Shown here: positions 62,335-64,000 of the stretch, piece by piece
Layout of the letters: each line of letters starts with the position of its first letter
How positions within the stretch are numbered: the stretch's first letter is position 1
DNA from: Candidatus Saccharimonadia bacterium
GTDB taxonomy: Bacteria > Patescibacteriota > Saccharimonadia > UBA4664
NCBI GenBank assembly: GCA_041743505.1
Contig: JBGTMQ010000017.1
Span: 15,680 to 79,679, forward strand
Direction: 5' to 3'
Length of the DNA stretch: 64,000 nucleotides
Notes under the pieces: model-generated
The model's database searches: none
The model's input: only the letters and a program-made list of their open reading frames with translations
What the model was told of the DNA's origin: nothing
Translations under genes and position numbers: made by a program

Positions 62335-63756
62335 CTACCCGCGGGCAGCCCTGGCTGCCCGTTTTTCATTCAATCGTGACACCAAAGCCCGCTCAATCCC
62401 GGCAGACAATTCAGCAACCCTCTGAGCCCCACCCGAAATCTTGCGGCGTCGGTACACTAATGCCTTCACAATATCATCAGTCTTGCGCTCACTATCTACC
62501 ATCATTACCACCCGGTGATCATAACCCTCACCCTTACCTGCCTCCGAACCTTTAACCTGAATAGGAATGATTCCAACCCCACGCTCACTCTTAACAACCA
62601 CTTCGGTATCATACGAGTGGCGCGGCTGGTGGTTGGGCAACATCCCATCCTTCGGCCAGTCCTGCCGGGGAAAGGCCTGGTGAGCGTAATGGGTGTCATA
62701 AAGCCCTTTTTGCTTACTTGGATTTTCCCGGTTTAAATACCGCTCACGCAGTAACCACAACACCGATAACTCAACTTCCCGCCCCCGCAACACTGCTTGC
62801 TTAGACTGATCCAGTTTGGTCCGGGCCGCGTTAGTGGCCTCCAGGAGGGCGCCTAGGCTATCCTGGGCGCCCTTCGCCAGCTCATGAGCCTGAACCGTCA
62901 ATTCTTCGTCGCCTTTACTCCTGGCTTCCGTTAGCATACGCCCGGCTTGACGCAATTGAAGATCAGACAAATATACCTTAGCCAGATACGCTTCCTGGCT
63001 ATCCGGTGAACCCTTAGCCAGAGCCTCAAACCGGCTCCACGCCTCCTGCTCGTATTGCTCCTGCCGGACAGTATCTGGAGTCTGTGACCGGTCATTGATT
63101 AGACTTGCCTCCATGAGCATACAGCCGGAGTATAATTGTTGCTCTTCGGGTGGATACTCGGCTCGTTTCTTTCGGTCAACCGGTAGGTCGGCCGCGTACA
63201 CCAGCATCTCCTCAGCTCCCTCAAGCCGCGATAAGGCACCGAGACGCAGGTACCACTCACTAGCCGTATCAAGGCTAGCTCCAGACCTGAACATCTCTGC
63301 CTGAGCTTGCTCAAGTCGCCTTTGATTATTCCGGCAAATTTCCGCTAAGACCGCGTCCTCTTCCTGGTTCTGCTCCTGCGTCGTGCGCCAATAATTACCA
63401 TAAGCGCGCGGATTATCCTTTTGTTCTCTTTCCTTCTGCAAGGCCATATCTCGACGCTCAGTTGCACCCTGGATCCGCTCGTCATGTCTGTAAACAGTCG
63501 AAAGCGCCGGGTAGAGTTCATCAAATAGCTTTTCGTGTTGTTCTGCGCTCAACCCGTGTGAAAATTCTGGATCAGTCAACACTTCTAGTTCTTCAACGTT
63601 CTTCGGGTTGAAGGTCAGCCTAATATCAGCCCGCTCATTCGGATCCGTCGTTGCCCGCAATAAATCTTCTTCATATTGCGGAAATTCATCGAGATTATAG
63701 GGACTAACCGCCGGACGCCGTCCTGGCTCTTGATCACTTGACGCTTTTTCACTCAT
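62335..63756 (-). CDS. hypothetical protein (473 aa, highly charged, coiled-coil-rich)
   Basis: Long ORF, Glu/Arg/Gln-rich; no family recognised. Confidence 0.45.
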   Translation of the reverse strand: MSEKASSDQEPGRRPAVSPYNLDEFPQYEEDLLRATTDPNERADIRLTFNPKNVEELEVLTDPEFSHGLSAEQHEKLFDELYPALSTVYRHDERIQGATERRDMALQKEREQKDNPRAYGNYWRTTQEQNQEEDAVLAEICRNNQRRLEQAQAEMFRSGASLDTASEWYLRLGALSRLEGAEEMLVYAADLPVDRKKRAEYPPEEQQLYSGCMLMEASLINDRSQTPDTVRQEQYEQEAWSRFEALAKGSPDSQEAYLAKVYLSDLQLRQAGRMLTEARSKGDEELTVQAHELAKGAQDSLGALLEATNAARTKLDQSKQAVLRGREVELSVLWLLRERYLNRENPSKQKGLYDTHYAHQAFPRQDWPKDGMLPNHQPRHSYDTEVVVKSERGVGIIPIQVKGSEAGKGEGYDHRVVMMVDSERKTDDIVKALVYRRRKISGGAQRVAELSAGIERALVSRLNEKRAARAARG

Positions 63757-63792
63757 GGCTTAAGCCTAGCATAATCTCAATCAGACACAAAA

Positions 63793-63822
63793 AAGCCGCT
63801 AAATGCGGCTTTTTTGTCAGTA
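63793..63822. terminator. bidirectional intrinsic terminator (AAAAAAGCCGCTAAATGCGGCTTTTTTG)
   Basis: Perfect stem flanked by an A-run and a T-run between convergent genes. Confidence 0.6.
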
Positions 63823-63840
63823 ACGAGTCTGGCTGCTACA

Positions 63841-64000
63841 TCAGGCCTGGACTTACTGCCAAGTCCAATAGTTACGGCCGTTAGCCTGCCAAACAATCTT
63901 GCCCGGCTGGACCAAGTCGTAATTCACCACCTTAAACGCCATGCCCAAGTCTTTAGCCAAATAATTGTCACGGTTCAGGGTCAGCGCAAACGCGTGCTGG
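63841..64000 (-). CDS. partial CDS (C-terminal end; continues beyond the window)
   Basis: Open frame running off the window edge, ending ...KIVWQANGRNYWTWQ*. Confidence 0.3.

Overview
High coding density, many 4-nt ATGA start/stop overlaps and GGAGG-type RBSs point to a compact bacterial chromosome segment; RNase J, Rpf transglycosylases and PfkB/PyrE-type salvage genes suggest a reduced Gram-positive-like or CPR-like lineage. The backbone is housekeeping DNA/RNA metabolism: recX-recA, HelD/UvrD-like helicase, yajQ, RodZ-like, ftsK, RlmA-like MTase, RNase J, family-4 UDG, pnp-rpsO, truB, DHH/NrnA-like, rpsT, holA, fpg, polA, purF, two Rpf-like transglycosylases, dnaG-rpoD, an Nth-like glycosylase, msrB and tRNA-Ser(GGA). 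Interspersed are accessory-looking pieces. The strongest signal is at 34.5-36.0 kb: two tandem promoter-driven cassettes for small membrane proteins, each ending in a 130-bp element that is identical apart from one core-variable base. That element holds a long hairpin and a canonical type-III hammerhead self-cleaving ribozyme (CUGAUGAG-UCC-UAAA-GGA-CGAAA, stems I and III intact). The two cleavage sites are 878 nt apart on the same strand, and each cassette carries a perfect 15-nt complementarity between its 5' leader (abutting the start codon) and the bases immediately 5' of the ribozyme. Other candidates: a secreted Cys-rich protein and membrane protein operon beside an IS1595 transposase remnant, driven by a copy of the recA promoter; three tandem coiled-coil paralogs; a tandem pyrE-like duplication with one degenerate copy; an island after tRNA-Ser with a repeated structured leader and a repeated terminator; lineage-specific low-complexity tails on RNase J, NrnA-like and S20; and several palindromes and repeats.
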